In this document: positions 1 to 12,207 of the stretch, in pieces
Position numbering within the stretch: position 1 is the stretch's first letter
How the letters are laid out: every line of letters starts with the position of its first letter
Assembly (NCBI GenBank): GCA_951406725.2
Contig: OX597815.1
Coordinates: 174,778,001 to 174,842,000 of the forward strand
Direction: 5' to 3'
Source: Octopus vulgaris
Lineage: Eukaryota
Length of the DNA stretch: 64,000 bases
Translations under genes and position numbers: made by a program
Notes under the pieces: model-generated
What the model saw: only the letters and a program-made list of their open reading frames with translations
Database searches by the model: none
What the model was told of the DNA's origin: nothing

Positions 1-674
1 TGGGAGCCAACCAGGCTGCACCGGCTCCAGCTACAATCTTGGTTTTACTTGACTCAACAGGTCTTCTCAAGCATATTATATTGCCCGACACATCAGGTGT
101 ATTTTTAACATTGCTGGACGTGAATGACTGCCATCTCACTTTAGTTGCCGCGTCTAACTGCTAAAGGTTTAATCATATGTAGGCAGGGCTATTAATTGGT
201 AAACAGCATATGTATTGTTCTCTTTTAGCTTGTTTGATAGGAAATCGACATCAGAAATGTGTTTCATGCATTGATGTCACTAATGTAGCGAGCCAAATAC
301 TAAACATCGCACACTGTTAAGCTTTGTTGAATTGCGCTAAATGACTTAATGAGGAAAATAAAAAATGGTGCCTTTCAAATGAAGTCTCTTGAGATATTTG
401 TTCTTTACAAGTCACACAGGCACTAATATTAAACGATTTGTCGCATTTAATGTTGTTCTTTTACATTCAAATCTTACCTAGGTTCACTTTGCCCTTGATT
501 GTTACAGGCTTGATAAAATAAGTACACATAATATGACGGGGATGAATTTAATCAACTGTAGCTCCCCTCCTCAAATTTCTGACCTTGTGAAAATATTAGA
601 AATCATTTTTCATATACATATCTCTAGATCAGAGCTAAAATTCTATTTTTTTTCTGTTCTATACTCTCATACAG

Positions 675-761
675 ATGCTGCAGAATGGGCCTGAAGAAGT
701 ATTACGTGTTGCATCTTCAACTCTATGCAATTTGATGCTAGAATTCTCCCCTAGTAAGGAA
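675..761 (+). CDS. ARMC8: ARMC8 (armadillo repeat protein 8, GID5/CTLH complex subunit), internal coding exon A; upstream exons lie outside the window
   Basis: cag|ATG...GAA|gtaagt, 87 nt, phase 0/0. [29 protein letters not shown] matches the recalled vertebrate ARMC8 segment [28 protein letters not shown]. Confidence 0.93.
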
Positions 762-1607
762 GTAAGTGAACTTGCAAAAGTTAGTTTTCATTTTCATTTT
801 CATAAACATACTTTTTATTCTCTTCATGTTTTTTTTGAAAAAAGAATCAATTTATTAAATGTAATACTATGATCTTTATTTAAAATTGATTTTCAGAATA
901 TTATTATTTTAGAGTGAGATATATATATAGAAAATTAAATTACTCTTTCTATGGTGTGCTGCATAATTTTTGTGCATATGGCTTTTTTATGGCTTACTCA
1001 AAAGAAGGGCATCATCCATGATCTTTTTGCAGGATGAGTATAACTGATGACTTGTGGTTTATTCTGAGCCACAGACCTAGAATCTATACGTTTGCAACAA
1101 ATTAGATTGTTAATGGCATCCAAGGATCATATGGTTAATGTACACTGTCCTCTAAATTAATTCTACCATCCAAGAACAGGCATAGTTCTTCTGATGCATA
1201 TCTGCATGATTTCAGTTTATCCAGTTTCACTCAAAGGAATTTGGTTGAATTAAGGATATGGTAGATAACACTTGCCCAAGGTGCTGCATAGTGGAATCAA
1301 AATGTGTGATTGCCAATTGAACTTCTTAACCACACTGCCATATCATTGCCCTCAGTCTACACCAGATGATTAATTCCAGATATCTGTATTGATTTTTTTC
1401 AATCTTACTATAGAGCCTATATAACCTTGATTAGGCTAGAATGAAACCCAATTAAATCATAATCATGTTTGTATAGTTGTAAGACCCATTTCCTCTATGT
1501 ATGGGTTTTAACAGTATTTTACAGTAAGATTATATATATATATATATATATATATATAAGAAAATAAGATGATGAAGGAATAAACGATTATCCTATGAAC
1601 TGCATTA

Positions 1608-1682
1608 GCTTACAGCTGTTTCTGCTGTAAAATGCAGTGGACTCATAGTTGAGTGTTTAACATCTTATAGCTTCATTGGAGC
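1608..1682 (-). ncRNA. Degenerate minimal hammerhead ribozyme motif (Penelope-like LTR remnant)
   Basis: Minus strand reads GCT-CCAATGA-a-GCTATAAGATG...CATTTTACAGC-a-GAAA-CAGCTG-TA-AGC. Stems I, II and palindromic III are present, but the CUGAUGA core is mutated. Confidence 0.5.
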
Positions 1683-4600
1683 CTTGAATAGTTAGAGCAA
1701 ATTAACTCATTGATGTATAGCTCTATGGTACATTATCTAATCCTTGATTATAAGATGAGATTGTTTTTTATTTCTTTCAACTTTTTAATGATTATTCATC
1801 AACGAAGAACCTCTGTTTTATGTAATGAATTGATTATTTTATATTTCATTAGTTTTTTTTCTTGTTACACTTTTAAATCACACTCAAATCATTATTGTTA
1901 ATATTAGTATATTCTTAACTAATTGTGAAATATTCTCACTATTAAAAGCATATTCATTTCACATTTTTGCAATGGTTATGTGAAAAATCTCTGTTTTGAA
2001 AATACTGAAATTTTTAGAGAAAATGAACCTCAACTTGTAATAACGTGGATGAAAAACCTCTCTTTGATATATTGTTTCGTAATTCTTTGACTCTTGATAA
2101 ATCTTGGAAGGTTGCAGTTGGATGAGTTTTGTTGATAAATTGCTAAATCTCTTGGTTGTGCTGTGTTTCATTTAACTTTGAATGGTTGATTCCACCTTGT
2201 TATAAATATGTACCATGCAGAGGTGCCTTTGTACAGTTCATTTGGCAAGCAGTACTGAGGTATTGTATTATGACACATGTTTGTTAGATTGCAGTTTGTA
2301 TTCAAACCGTTTCATAAGTAAAAGCTGTAATAGGCTGACATTCTTTTCTGATAAAGAGATGTTTTTCAACCACTTAATGTCTTGAAAATTCAAATAAGTT
2401 TCAACACACATCACTAACCACGTATTTGACAGGACATAGGTGATTGTTCAGTACAGTTCTTGCAAATATTAATATTTGAATCCATTTATTCTACAAAATG
2501 ATGCTATTAACTTTACTATTTTGAATATTTTATTTCGCAATTTTAAACTTACACAATAATTTTTATTGATTGCTAATGTTGTAAGTAATATCTGCATAAA
2601 CTTTTACTTTAAAATTAAACTTATACTCATTGCTTCATTGATAGAATGAACCTAATAATTTTGGTTGTAGGCTAAGCTTTCAATGAGATGACTTCAGTCA
2701 TATGATACTCCCCTCTAATATTAGTAGTACCCAGCAACCCATAAGAAGATTTGGGTTTCGTGAACTAACAAAAATTTGTCAGTTATACAGTCAGCTGCTT
2801 CTTATAGTAGTGATCTGTACCTTTATGTGATACTTATTTCAAGCAATGTGGATTGATTCCTTTAATGTTAGTGTTTTGCCCAGGACATAGATTTAACACA
2901 TCAACTGTTCAGCTCATAAGCCAGTATCTTAAGGACATGTCATTGTTATATGTTTTTAAACTGTTAAAAAATGTGTATTGCCATTCTAATTTTTGGTCAT
3001 TTTTTTTTTAAATCACCAGAAAAAAAGTAAGATTTAATGTGAGCTGCATAAGTTAACTGAATTGTTGAACTAAGGAAAGCAATTGGTTATTGATCTTAAA
3101 AGTTAGTTTAAAGATCTATTTGAAATGTAGTAGCATTTTTGGGTAACATAAAATGATGTTGAAAGAAATTTCAATACTTTATGTATGTCATTTGGTGATT
3201 TTCTGTATTTATGCAAATCAATACTTGATGATATTAAATCATTGTAGGCTTTTTGTGTATTATGTCTTGTCTTTTTGGTACAAGCAGTCTCAGGCAGCTT
3301 GATAGTAAACAGGTTAAGGTTCAAGCACTATATTTCTAGTTACTTGTGCTCAGGCTGAGATTGAGCTACTAAACCATTATTTTAGTGGTCTTATTTACTA
3401 CACTATGACTCTTTGGAGAGTCATTCCATGAGTGACATCTGTATATTATAAATATCCTTTGAAACATTTAGGCATATAAAGAAAATATTTTCATCATGAT
3501 TTTAACGACATGTTGGTGAAAATGACAAATTGTACAAGTCCTTTAGTTTGATAAAGTTTAATTTACTTGTAATGTTATATATATATATATTGTGTGTATG
3601 AGATGGACATGTTAGTATGTGTGTATTTATGTATACATCATAGTCAGCAGAATTGGTACAATGTCAAACAATACATTGGATTTTTGGTTTGATTTGGTCG
3701 TGTCCTGTTATCTTCTGAGTTCAAATCTTGTTGAGAACCCAGCCCTGATTAACTATTTTTATACTAAATTCCTCATTAAGCTCATAGCTAACTCTCACCT
3801 TGTTGACAGCATTCCTGTAATTAGCTTGGACAGTTCTTACAAGCCATTCATTAGCACTGTTTCCTAAGTAACTGCCAATCTACACTGTAGTTTTATCAAA
3901 GCACCCTGTTAAAGCCTGTTTTAGGTCAATGAAAATTAAGTACTGGGGATTGCTTGTTGGATTAAGAATTTTTGTATTTGTTTCATAAAGAGAGCATTAG
4001 CAGGTCTTCATCCTGGCACAACCCCAATAGCTTCTTATTTAAGGTAGTCCTCTCCCTGATTAGCTTTGTTATAACTCTCTGCTACTTCCATAACTTGCTT
4101 CATCAATTTAATGCTTCTATTGTTGCACCTTTTTGAAGCCTTTGTTGCATTTGATGATGCCATGTCAGTCATTAGGTATAACACTTTGTTGTACTATGTA
4201 AGGAACTAGTGCATGATGTATTTCCAGAATCTTGTACATAATATCTATAAAACATAAAAATATATGAAATATTTTCATGTAATTCAGTTAACTTCCTATT
4301 TGGTTAGAATCTTTTTAACTAGGTGTATTGTTCCTTGGTTTCAAGTTTGCTGTTATGCCTATATGTGTATGTGCGTGTGTACATACAGACACAGACACAC
4401 AATAATTAAAGCTGAAAAGCTGAGACTTCAAATTTTATGACCCTGAGTTTCATGCCACTGATCTTGTAATGAAATTTGAAGAATGAAATAGGAAACCATT
4501 AAAAAGAACATTTAGATTACGTAAAAAAAATGTAAGCATTCTCTGGACACATGTAAAGATAAAATCAAATAAATATAAGATATTGATAGGATAAAATCAA

Positions 4601-5534
4601 CTAATTAAAGACAAATAAAATTAACTAACAGTATAGTTCAATCATATTGATTGCAGGTATTTTAAGCTAAAATCTATTCACAAAATACTAAAGTAATGAT
4701 GTAAGAAATTAAGTCAGAAAGAGAGAATTTGATTTTATCATGTTGAGTTTCTCATGCTGTCCGCGAAGTATTTGGCAATAGAAGATAATCAATGTTCACT
4801 TGGCATGAAAAACAGTAGTCTTCCATCATTAGTTGGCATTCTGCAATACTCGGTGATTTTGATTTGCCTGTGATTATTTATTTCCTATTTGATTATACGA
4901 GTATGTTTTTTTTTGCCTACATATGATTGTTTTCATTGTCCCACAGTAACCTAAGTTTTCTCTCTCTTGGTTATGTGTCCTCTGTGTGTGTGTGTGTGCA
5001 TACAATATATACATCAGTTTATGTTTTTGTGTACATGAATATCATTGCAGATGCATATGTGTATATACATAGATGTGCATACACCTAATACTATTGAAAG
5101 AGTGAAGTGTGTATGAATAATATATATATTAAATTAGAGATAAAACCACTATTAGGCAAATCAAACAGTGAAAAACATGAGCCAAAACATAGAAATAAAA
5201 TTAATTTATATAATATACAAAATATATAAAATATAAAATTCAAAATTTAAATTATTTAAAGTTAAAATTTAAAAAATTTTTTAATTATTAATTTATACTT
5301 ATAAATGTTTATATATATATATATATATATTTTATTATTTATTATTATTTTTATTATATTTATTTTTATTTTTAATTTTTTAATTATATATTTATTTATT
5401 TTAAAAAATATATATAACTATCAAAAAGTATATATACATGTGTGTGTGTGTGTGTGTATGCATATATATCATCATCATTTAATGTCTGCCTTCCATGCTG
5501 GCATGGGTGAGGTGTATGTATATATGTATATGTG

Positions 5535-5660
5535 AAAACATCTACTCCCACTCCTTGGAGATCCCTCAGATGTTTTGATAAGGAGTTAAATAGCTGTGAG
5601 CCCTTGAATCCCAAGTTATTGCAGTGCATGGTTCTCACCTTAGATGAGACAGCTGGGACT
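5535..5660 (-). mobile_element. CR1-like LINE 3' fragment
   Basis: Minus strand encodes KVPAVSSKVRTMHCNNLGFKGSQLFNSLSKHLRDLQGVGVDVF, which resembles the C-terminal end of CR1-group ORF2. Confidence 0.5.
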
Positions 5661-6827
5661 TTGTAATTGCTAAACTCTTTACCAGAGTGTACTGTGTTAG
5701 CAGTCCTCTTTGCACAGTTTCCATCTACCAAATTCACTCACAAGCATTGTTTGCTCTGGGGTTATAGTAGAAGACATTTGTCCAAGGTTCTACATAATGG
5801 AACCAAACACATAATGTAAACCAAACAGCCATGCCTGTGCATATATATAAATCTTCAAAATTAATGATGAAAGTAACAACACAGAAGACAAAATGAAAAC
5901 AAAGTTTAACTACCTAATCATAATGGAGTCAAAATTACAGGAAACATCCTGTTCAATTTCAAATGAATATTGTAAAATCTTAATTTCATTTTGAATATTT
6001 CATCATAAAAATGTAATTTTTTCATTTGTTTTGAAGGCTTCATGTCTCATCCTTTTGTAGTAAATTGAATAATGACTGTTTTCTGTGTGTTCTCTACTTC
6101 CCGTTTTCCTTTTGAGCCTATTCACTTGTTTGTCACATCTGTTATTTTAAAATCTACCTGTGAATTTTCATATTAGAGTAGCTAAATTACTTTTAATTGT
6201 AGTTGATTTGGTGGAATTTCTAAATAAGTATCTCCTACCATAAATTTTGTTTTTTCACAAAGCTCTTCAAATTTCTGTTTTCGACATCTGGAATTCCCAA
6301 CCTTGTGTGTTGTTTTTCAAGTTATTATTTTTTTTGTGCTATTTAATATGGGAGTATGTGATTGCAACAGATCATTTGCTTATTAAAGATTTGTAGGCAC
6401 GTGGAATTTCGTTATGCAACCATAATATACTATAATGTAAGGGTTGGCCAAATCAAAACCATTTAATTCCAAGATTTATTTATGTTTAACAACTGAATGA
6501 ATTTAATAAAAGCATCTAAATATGAAACCTCGTGGAAATTGTTCCAACTGAAGTACTTGAGTGACACATTTTTCTATTTGAGTCAATACAGAATTACAGA
6601 TAGTATTTATAGAATTTTGATCTACTGTCAGGGGACTTTTGGTCAACTTTGTATATTAAATGTGTTTATGAATCAACACCATGTCCTACTGTGTTAACAA
6701 TACTCTTTATATTATTTTGTTAAGGTTATTTTTACAGAAATTATAGCCTGCACTGAATTTTTGCTACATTTTGTATTGAGACGTCAGTTGTAAACAAACA
6801 ATGAGATTGGAGACAAAAATGGGTAAT

Positions 6828-6875
6828 GAATGTATATACCATATTTCGGGGGGTTTTGCCCCTTCATCAGCACTC
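6828..6875 (-). ncRNA. Type I hammerhead ribozyme motif
   Basis: Minus strand reads GAGTG-CTGATGA-A-GGGG-CAAAA-CCCCCC-GAAA-TAT-GGT-ATA-TA-CATTC: intact core, stems I-III, AUA cleavage triplet. Confidence 0.7.
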
Positions 6876-7520
6876 ATCTAACTCACTCTTGTCTCTGAAC
6901 ACATTGTTTATATAGCCACCACATACAGTGGTTTAAAGTTATTGGATATACCAATTTACATATTAAATGTATTCCTGGATCTGGTATGTAAATATCAAAG
7001 ACTTGTAGGTACGTGGAATTTTATTATGCAACCATAATATACTATAAAGTATATTAAATGTTTTTATGAGTCAACACCACGTCTTACTGTGTTAGCAGTC
7101 CTCTTTGCATTATTTTGTTAAGGTTATTTCTACAGAAATTATAGCCAGCTCTCTCATTGTTTGTTTACATCTGATGTCTTGATACAAAGTGTTGTAGCAA
7201 AAGATCAGTGCTGGCTATAATTTCTGTAGAAATAACCGTAACAAAATAATGTAAAGAGCACTGTTAATGCACCAGGGTGTAGTGTTGACTCATAAAAACA
7301 TTTAATATACTTTATAGTATATTATTGTTGTATAATGAAATACTGTGTCCCTAAAAGTCATTAATATTTACACACCAAATTCCAGAAATGTTTTTAATAT
7401 GGAAATTAGTATATCTAATAAATTTACACCACTGTATGCGGTGGCTATATAAACTGTGTTCGGAGACAAGAGAGGGTTAGATGAGTGCTGATGAAGGAGC
7501 AAACCCCCCACGAAATATGC
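6828..7520. repeat. Diverged ~310-bp inverted repeat (arms ~6841-7150 and ~7210-7517), Penelope-like terminal repeats each carrying a hammerhead motif; a third partial direct copy lies at ~6385-6755
   Basis: Arms are reverse complements, e.g. ggttatttctacagaaattatagccagc vs gctggctataatttctgtagaaataacc, and cttcatcagcactcatctaac vs gttagatgagtgctgatgaag. Confidence 0.8.
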
Positions 7521-7649
7521 ATTTCTTCAACACTTCCACATTTGTCACCCTCTGTACCCACAAGATTCTAAGCATTTTTCTATAAAACCACAAGGGTTAT
7601 CATTATTATTATTAAAGTAGTGAGCTAGCAGAATCATTACTGAACAAAA

Positions 7650-7992
7650 TGTATATATATATATATATATGTGTGTATATATATATATAGATATAGATAT
7701 ATATAGATATAGATATATAGATATATATAGATAGATATATAGATAGATAGATATAGATATATAGATATAGATATATATAGATATATATATATATAGATAT
7801 AGATATATAGATATAGATATAGATATATATAGATATATATATATAGATATATATATATATAGATAATATATAGATATATATACATATATACATATATGTA
7901 TATATATATATATATACATATATGTATATATATATACATATATGTATATATATATACACACATATATATATATATATACATATATGTATATA
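7650..7992. repeat. (TA)n/(TATAGA)n compound microsatellite
   Basis: Direct reading of the sequence; it produces spurious YI-rich ORFs. Confidence 0.95.
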
Positions 7993-8050
7993 GAAATATT
8001 AAAATTACTAAGTCTCTCTAAAAGAGAACAGCGGCAGCGTTCCCGGAAAA

Positions 8051-8417
8051 TAATAGTTATTTGCCATACTAATATGGCATTCTTATAAAAATAAGAATAA
8101 AGCTGTCCGCTTATTAGCTCCATGAGGCCATCGCCTTAAGTTAGCTATTTGATACACAAACTGTATCCATATAACCTTCGAACAAGCGACACCTACTGGC
8201 TGGCTACGCTGCATTGAAAAGGGGCAATACCCCGAAACGCGTCTGTAGCTGCCGGTCAAGTAGTGTGGAGCGACTGACCTCCCTTGTTCGAAGGTTATAT
8301 GGATACAGTTTGTGTATCAAATAGCTAACTTAAGGCGATGGCCTCATGGAGCTAATAAGCGGACAGCTTTATTCTTATTTTTATAAGAATGCCATATTAG
8401 TATGGCGATAACTATTA
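8051..8417. repeat. Near-perfect ~135-bp inverted repeat (8051-8186 / 8283-8417) with a ~96-nt spacer; probable inverted Penelope-like terminal repeats
   Basis: Arms are exact reverse complements over most of their length (gccatactaatatggcattc...ccttcgaacaag / cttgttcgaagg...gaatgccatattagtatggc). Confidence 0.92.
8208..8249 (+). ncRNA. Minimal type I hammerhead ribozyme, U3-A8 variant
   Basis: GCTGCA-TTGAAAA-GGGG-CAATA-CCCC-GAAA-C-GC-G-TC-TGTAGC: 6-bp stem I, 4-bp GC stem II, palindromic ACGCGT stem III, GUC triplet. The core carries a compensatory C3U/G8A pair. Confidence 0.75.
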
Positions 8418-8650
8418 TTATATGTATATATATATACATATATGTATATATATATACACACATATATATATATACATATATGTATATATATATACACACA
8501 TATATATATATATACATATATGTATATATATATACACACATATATATATATACATATATGTATATATATATACACACATATATATATATATACATATATG
8601 TATATATATATACATGTATATATATATATATATACATGTATATATGTATT
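8418..8650. repeat. TA/CA-rich microsatellite with a higher-order ~38-40-bp period
   Basis: Repeats of tatatacatatatgtatatatatatacacacata. Confidence 0.9.
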
Positions 8651-9046
8651 AGAAGAATTAAGGTACTCAGAAATTTGGATGGTTTTATATTTACAAATAT
8701 TTATTAATATGTCACATGTTTTTATAAATCATATATTAGCGCTTGCGTCCACTCTAGTGGAGTTGTCAGATTGAACTTTTTCTGGAATTTTGTCACTTTT
8801 TATTGTATTATTGAGTGTGTAGGGGTGGAGAGAGATATAAGATAGTACAAGAGGGTGAGGAATGGGGAGAAAGTGAGAGAGAGTGTGTGTGTGTGTGTGT
8901 GCTTTTGTATCTGAAAGGAGTGTCAATGGAAAAGAGAAGGAAGAGAGAAAGAAGAAAAAATGTGTTGACATCTTTGCAGCTTTTCAGTGCTTTCAATAGA
9001 AAATGATTCTTGGCTTATAGAAATGGCAAACCCAGGTGGCCACTTC

Positions 9047-9232
9047 ATCATCATCATCATCGTTTAACGTCCGTTCTCCATGCTAGCATGGGTTGGACGG
9101 TTCGACCGGGGATCTGGGAAGCCAGAAGGCTGCACCAGGCTCCGGTCTTATCTGGCAATGTTTCTACAGCTGGATGCCCTTCCTAACGCCAACCAATCCG
9201 CGAGTGTAGTGGGTGCTTTTTACGTGCCACCG
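9047..9232 (-). mobile_element. (GAT)n-tailed retroposon (RTE-related SINE or LINE 3' end)
   Basis: catcatcatcgtttaacgtccg...catgctagcatgggttggacgg...ggatgcccttcctaacgccaacc; same family as several other copies in the window. Confidence 0.8.
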
Positions 9233-9629
9233 AAGGGGGTAAAATGTTATTTTTCAAAAAATTGTCTGGATTTCTTTTTATCATTGTCTTGTGAGAGAGA
9301 GAGAGAGTGCGTGTGTGGGTGTCTGTGTATCTAAAAGGATATATGTATATGTATATATATATGTATAATAATTATTATTTGAGGGAATAAAATCCAAACT
9401 TACAAGGAAAAAATTCAATTTAAAAATACTAAATCAAATTTCACACAATATAATATGTATATATAAAAAATTAGAAAAAAACCACCTTTTATCAATTCAA
9501 AATGAACAATTAAATTACACCATCTAGAAATTACATATAATAGAAATATTAAAATTAAAATACCAATAAAATGTCAATGATTAAGTAAATTGCAAAAAAT
9601 AATAGTAAAAACATATATAATAGGTAGAA

Positions 9630-9718
9630 TAACGACACGTGTTTCATGGTTATATTTAAGAAATGATTATAGTAGTAGAGAAATCACTTCAATATAAATA
9701 TAGTCACTCATCAGGTTA
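9630..9718 (-). ncRNA. Type I hammerhead ribozyme motif with long stem II, inside an AT-rich Penelope-like terminal repeat (~9380-9750)
   Basis: Minus strand reads TAAC-CTGATGA-[~60-nt interrupted hairpin]-GAAA-C-ACGT-G-TC-GTTA; palindromic ACACGTGT stem III and GUC triplet. Confidence 0.7.
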
Positions 9719-9774
9719 AAAATAAACTAGAACAATAAAATAATTAATAAATATACTTTATATATATATATATA

Positions 9775-10070
9775 TCATCATCATCATCGTATAACGTCCG
9801 CTCTCCATGGGTTGGACGGTTCAACTGGGGTCTGGGAAGCCAGAAGGCTGCACCAGGCCCAGTCTGATTTGGCAGTGTTTCTACAGCTGGATGCCCTTCC
9901 TAACGCCAACCACTCCATGAGTGTAGTGGGTGCTTTTTACGTGCCAGACAAGTCTGGCAAATGGCCACGAGCGGATGGTGCTTTTTACGTGCCTAGTTGA
10001 GGCTGGCAACGGCCACGATCAGATGGTGCTTTTTATGTGCCACCGGTACGGAGGCCAGTCAGGGTGGCGC
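9775..10070 (-). mobile_element. (GAT)n-tailed retroposon copy
   Basis: Same family as 9047-9232, with internal repeats of gatggtgcttttt(a)cgtgcc. Confidence 0.8.
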
Positions 10071-10211
10071 TATATATACATATATATACTTATACGTACA
10101 TATATATATATAAATATATATATGTATATATATATAAAATTAAATAAAATACACAAAGCTAGTACAAGTCATTAAATTGTAATCAAAATAAGAAATGGTT
10201 CAAATATAGAC

Positions 10212-11165
10212 TCATGTCTGAAAACCTTGTGAAATACTTAGATTGTTGAAAAAAATCTATAATGCCGCCCCTGGAAAGGATCTTTATATCCACCTCATAT
10301 AACTATTTTTTTAAACACCCAAGGGAAATAACCCAAATCACCTGCACTTACAGTTGTTAGTTTTTTTGTGAAGCAATCAATATTTGGTTCTCACGATCAG
10401 CGGACCTAATTCTGCATTTCACGACTCACAGTTTTCAACTGCTGTACCTTATTATTGCACTTTCTTGATGCATGTACACTTTCAATGCCCATAACTCCGA
10501 TAATTCTGCATTTTTCCAGTTAAACATTTCTTATGGCAATACATAAATTTTTGATTCCAGATTTCCTAGGACTTAGTTCTCCATTTCATTACTCACAGTT
10601 TTGATACCTTGAATGCTTAAAATTCTTAAAAAATGAAACCAAACTTCCACACCACAATCAATTGGGGCACCCTGTATCACTTATACGTATTTTACAAATC
10701 ATAATCTTTATTGCTTATTTATACTTCATATAATATTTTCATGAAGCTAATTGAGCCATCAAATTTATAAGTATTTTACTGGTTCAATTACTTTGAATAC
10801 TGATTTTTCTGTGTCCAATTTCTAATTTTTGCAGACAATATCACTTTTATACTTTATTTGATACATGAGTAGAAGTCATGTCTGGAAACCTTGTGTCATA
10901 CTTAGATTGTTGAAAAAAAAAATCGATAATAGGGCCCCTCCAATGGATCCTTCTATCTACTACATATTACTAATATTTTAGCCGACCTAATTCTGCATTT
11001 CACTACTCAGTTTTGAACTGCTAAACATTATTATTGCACTTCCTTGATTTGAATCTTAAACATTAAAGACTTCATACATTTCTATACATACATACTTTTT
11101 TGAATGCCCATTACTCCAATAATTCTGCATTTTTATAGTTACACTTTTTCCATGACAGAAGATGA
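10212..11165 (+). repeat. Diverged direct duplication (~10212-10540 vs ~10877-11165)
   Basis: Both copies share tcatgtctg(a/g)aaaccttgtg...cttagattgttgaaaaaaa and gacctaattctgcatttcac...ttattgcactt...aatgcccat.actcc.ataattctgcattttt. Confidence 0.65.
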
Positions 11166-11695
11166 ATTTTTTTATTCCACAACTTATTTGTAGTGGCTTC
11201 ATGCAGGCATAGCATGATTGCCAAATTTCACTTAACAGTTCAACAATAGTTTTTCTGTGAATGACAGCAGTTATACATTTCCCAGATGCCTTAGCTAAGC
11301 AGAATAATGTCTTTTGTTTTGCTTGTTGTTTTCTAAATTCCAACTATATATATATATATATATGAGCTACAAGTGAATTAATGTGAGTAAAATTACATTT
11401 AGTTCAGTAATAGCGAAACAATTGTCCCAAAATAATCTGTATTTTTGTTATTTTTATTTGCCCTGTTCGTTTGAGCTAACAATCGTACTGACTTTCATGG
11501 GAAACATTTATTTTGTGGTTGAAACCTATTGGATCTATTTCTAGTGCAAGAGTGAGCCACATAGTGACCACTCTCTTATATTTATGTATAAAATGTTATT
11601 AAAATCCAGGTTTCTTTGCACTGGCCACTTGGTGTTGAATAGGTATACTATTAAATTAGTATCTAATTCTCTCACCCTTATTAATTAACCCTATA

Positions 11696-11727
<32 letters not shown>

Positions 11728-12207
11728 CTAGCATTAAAGACCCGTTGTTGCCGGGTCATATTGCTAGTGCATGTATATATGTGCATATATATGTGTACAT
11801 ATTACATGTACATCTATATATATACATCTACACATAAAATACAAAATACAAAGTTATATCTTGATATCACTAGTGATAACAATACTCAAAATATATAACA
11901 GACTGGAATTGTAAGCCCGTCTCTTGTAATTTCGATCAATTGTATCTTGTCCTCTCTCTTGTATAGAAGTGTGGCTACAATCCAGCCTACCTCTACTTCC
12001 GGGGGGGGGGGGCATTTAAAATTTTTTTCCGGGATGTCCTACGTCCTAGATATAAAGTTAAAAATAAAATATTTCCACTTTGCAAGTTTGAGTCGAGTAC
12101 TCCCTTGCACACTCTGTAGACTCGAACCTTGTGGCGAATTTACCGCCTCTGACTAGATAACTTTCATAGTCGCACCAAGACACTTTTCGAAGGTGCTTTC
12201 CTCCATG

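Noticed and set aside
7545-8774. Many overlapping Tyr/Ile-rich ORFs
   Set aside because: They are translations of (TA)n-type microsatellites, not genes.
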